Below, one piece after another: positions 63,598-64,000 of a stretch of 64,000 nucleotides of DNA. Each line of letters starts with the position of its first letter. Position 1 is the first letter of the stretch. The notes beneath the pieces were generated by a model. That model did not search any database. It saw only the letters and a program-made list of their open reading frames with translations, and was not told where the DNA came from. Location: assembly GCA_027487485.1 (NCBI GenBank), contig JAIYDN010000039.1:36951-100950 (forward strand), written 5' to 3'. Position numbers and translations under genes: made by a program. This DNA is from Planctomycetaceae bacterium. Lineage in GTDB: Bacteria; Planctomycetota; Planctomycetia; Pirellulales; Pirellulaceae.

Positions 63598-64000
63598 CTA
63601 CCGCAAGGCGGTTTCGATTGCCGCATGCCACTTGGGCGCTATCAGGTTCCATTGAAAATCCTTGGATCGCTCCCGTGCCCTATTTCCAAGACTCTGCCGT
63701 AATTCTTGGCTCGATAAAAGACGATCCAAGCAATCGACCATTTGAGTGTCGTCCGAAATAATCATCCCGTTCTCGAGATCGGTAATCGTCTCACGAATCG
63801 CGGGGGAGCAATCGGTCACTGCCACAGCAAGGCCTGTCGCCATGGCTTCCAGCAACGACTGCGGGAACCCCTCGTACCGACTCACCAAGCAGTACGCGTT
63901 GGCAGCGCACAACTCCGCCCAAACATCCTTGCTCCACAATGCCCATTCGACGTTCGATGCGATGCCAAGTTGATCGGATGTTTGCTGCAATGCACTGCGT
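63598..64000 (-). CDS. Glycosyltransferase family 1/4, C-terminal part (N-terminus lies beyond the window)
   Basis: 'SRYEGFPQSLLEAMATGLAVAVTDC' is the GT-B E-x7-E region. The frame is open to the window edge. Confidence 0.7.
   Translation of the reverse strand, partial: RSALQQTSDQLGIASNVEWALWSKDVWAELCAANAYCLVSRYEGFPQSLLEAMATGLAVAVTDCSPAIRETITDLENGMIISDDTQMVDCLDRLLSSQELRQSLGNRARERSKDFQWNLIAPKWHAAIETALR

Overview
The window looks like chromosomal DNA from a Planctomycetota genome, probably Pirellulales-like. This rests on hallmark families seen in the translations: a DUF1559 protein with a prepilin-type N-terminus, PSD1/DUF1501 and DUF1592/DUF1552 gene pairs, a BBP7-type outer-membrane barrel and a PVC-type CxxCH protein. 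I call about 50 protein genes and one tRNA-Gly(GCC). I saw no rRNA, CRISPR array, transposase, integrase or phage genes. Positions 1-51005 and 61311-64000 are ordinary core content. They hold housekeeping genes (rsmH, rnhA, rimO-pgsA-CPBP protease, epmA, tig, hemY, phhB), sugar-acid and amino-acid metabolism genes, an ABC importer and a zinc-ribbon Ser/Thr kinase. The most unusual part is 51006-61310. It is an array of 11 small ORFs, all on the minus strand, mostly orphan membrane or secreted proteins. Three long non-coding gaps interrupt it, and these carry repeats found nowhere else in the window. One is a modular 170-bp element with two full copies (146/170 identical, ungapped, by hand count) and one deleted copy, each just upstream of a gene or operon start. 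The others are a 179-bp MITE-like element, GC-rich interleaved inverted repeats, a perfect 33-bp tandem repeat and apparent gene remnants. No mobility gene accompanies them. A separate palindromic repeat built from CTCGTA/GAGTAC hexamers occurs twice in the core (near 4.9 kb and 44.0 kb). Domain architectures worth follow-up are an RNase HI with a C-terminal CxxC...CxxC tail, a polytopic membrane-TPR fusion, a double zinc-ribbon membrane protein and a secreted protein ending in CxxCH. Every family assignment comes from motifs read by eye. No database search, GC calculation or RNA fold was run.
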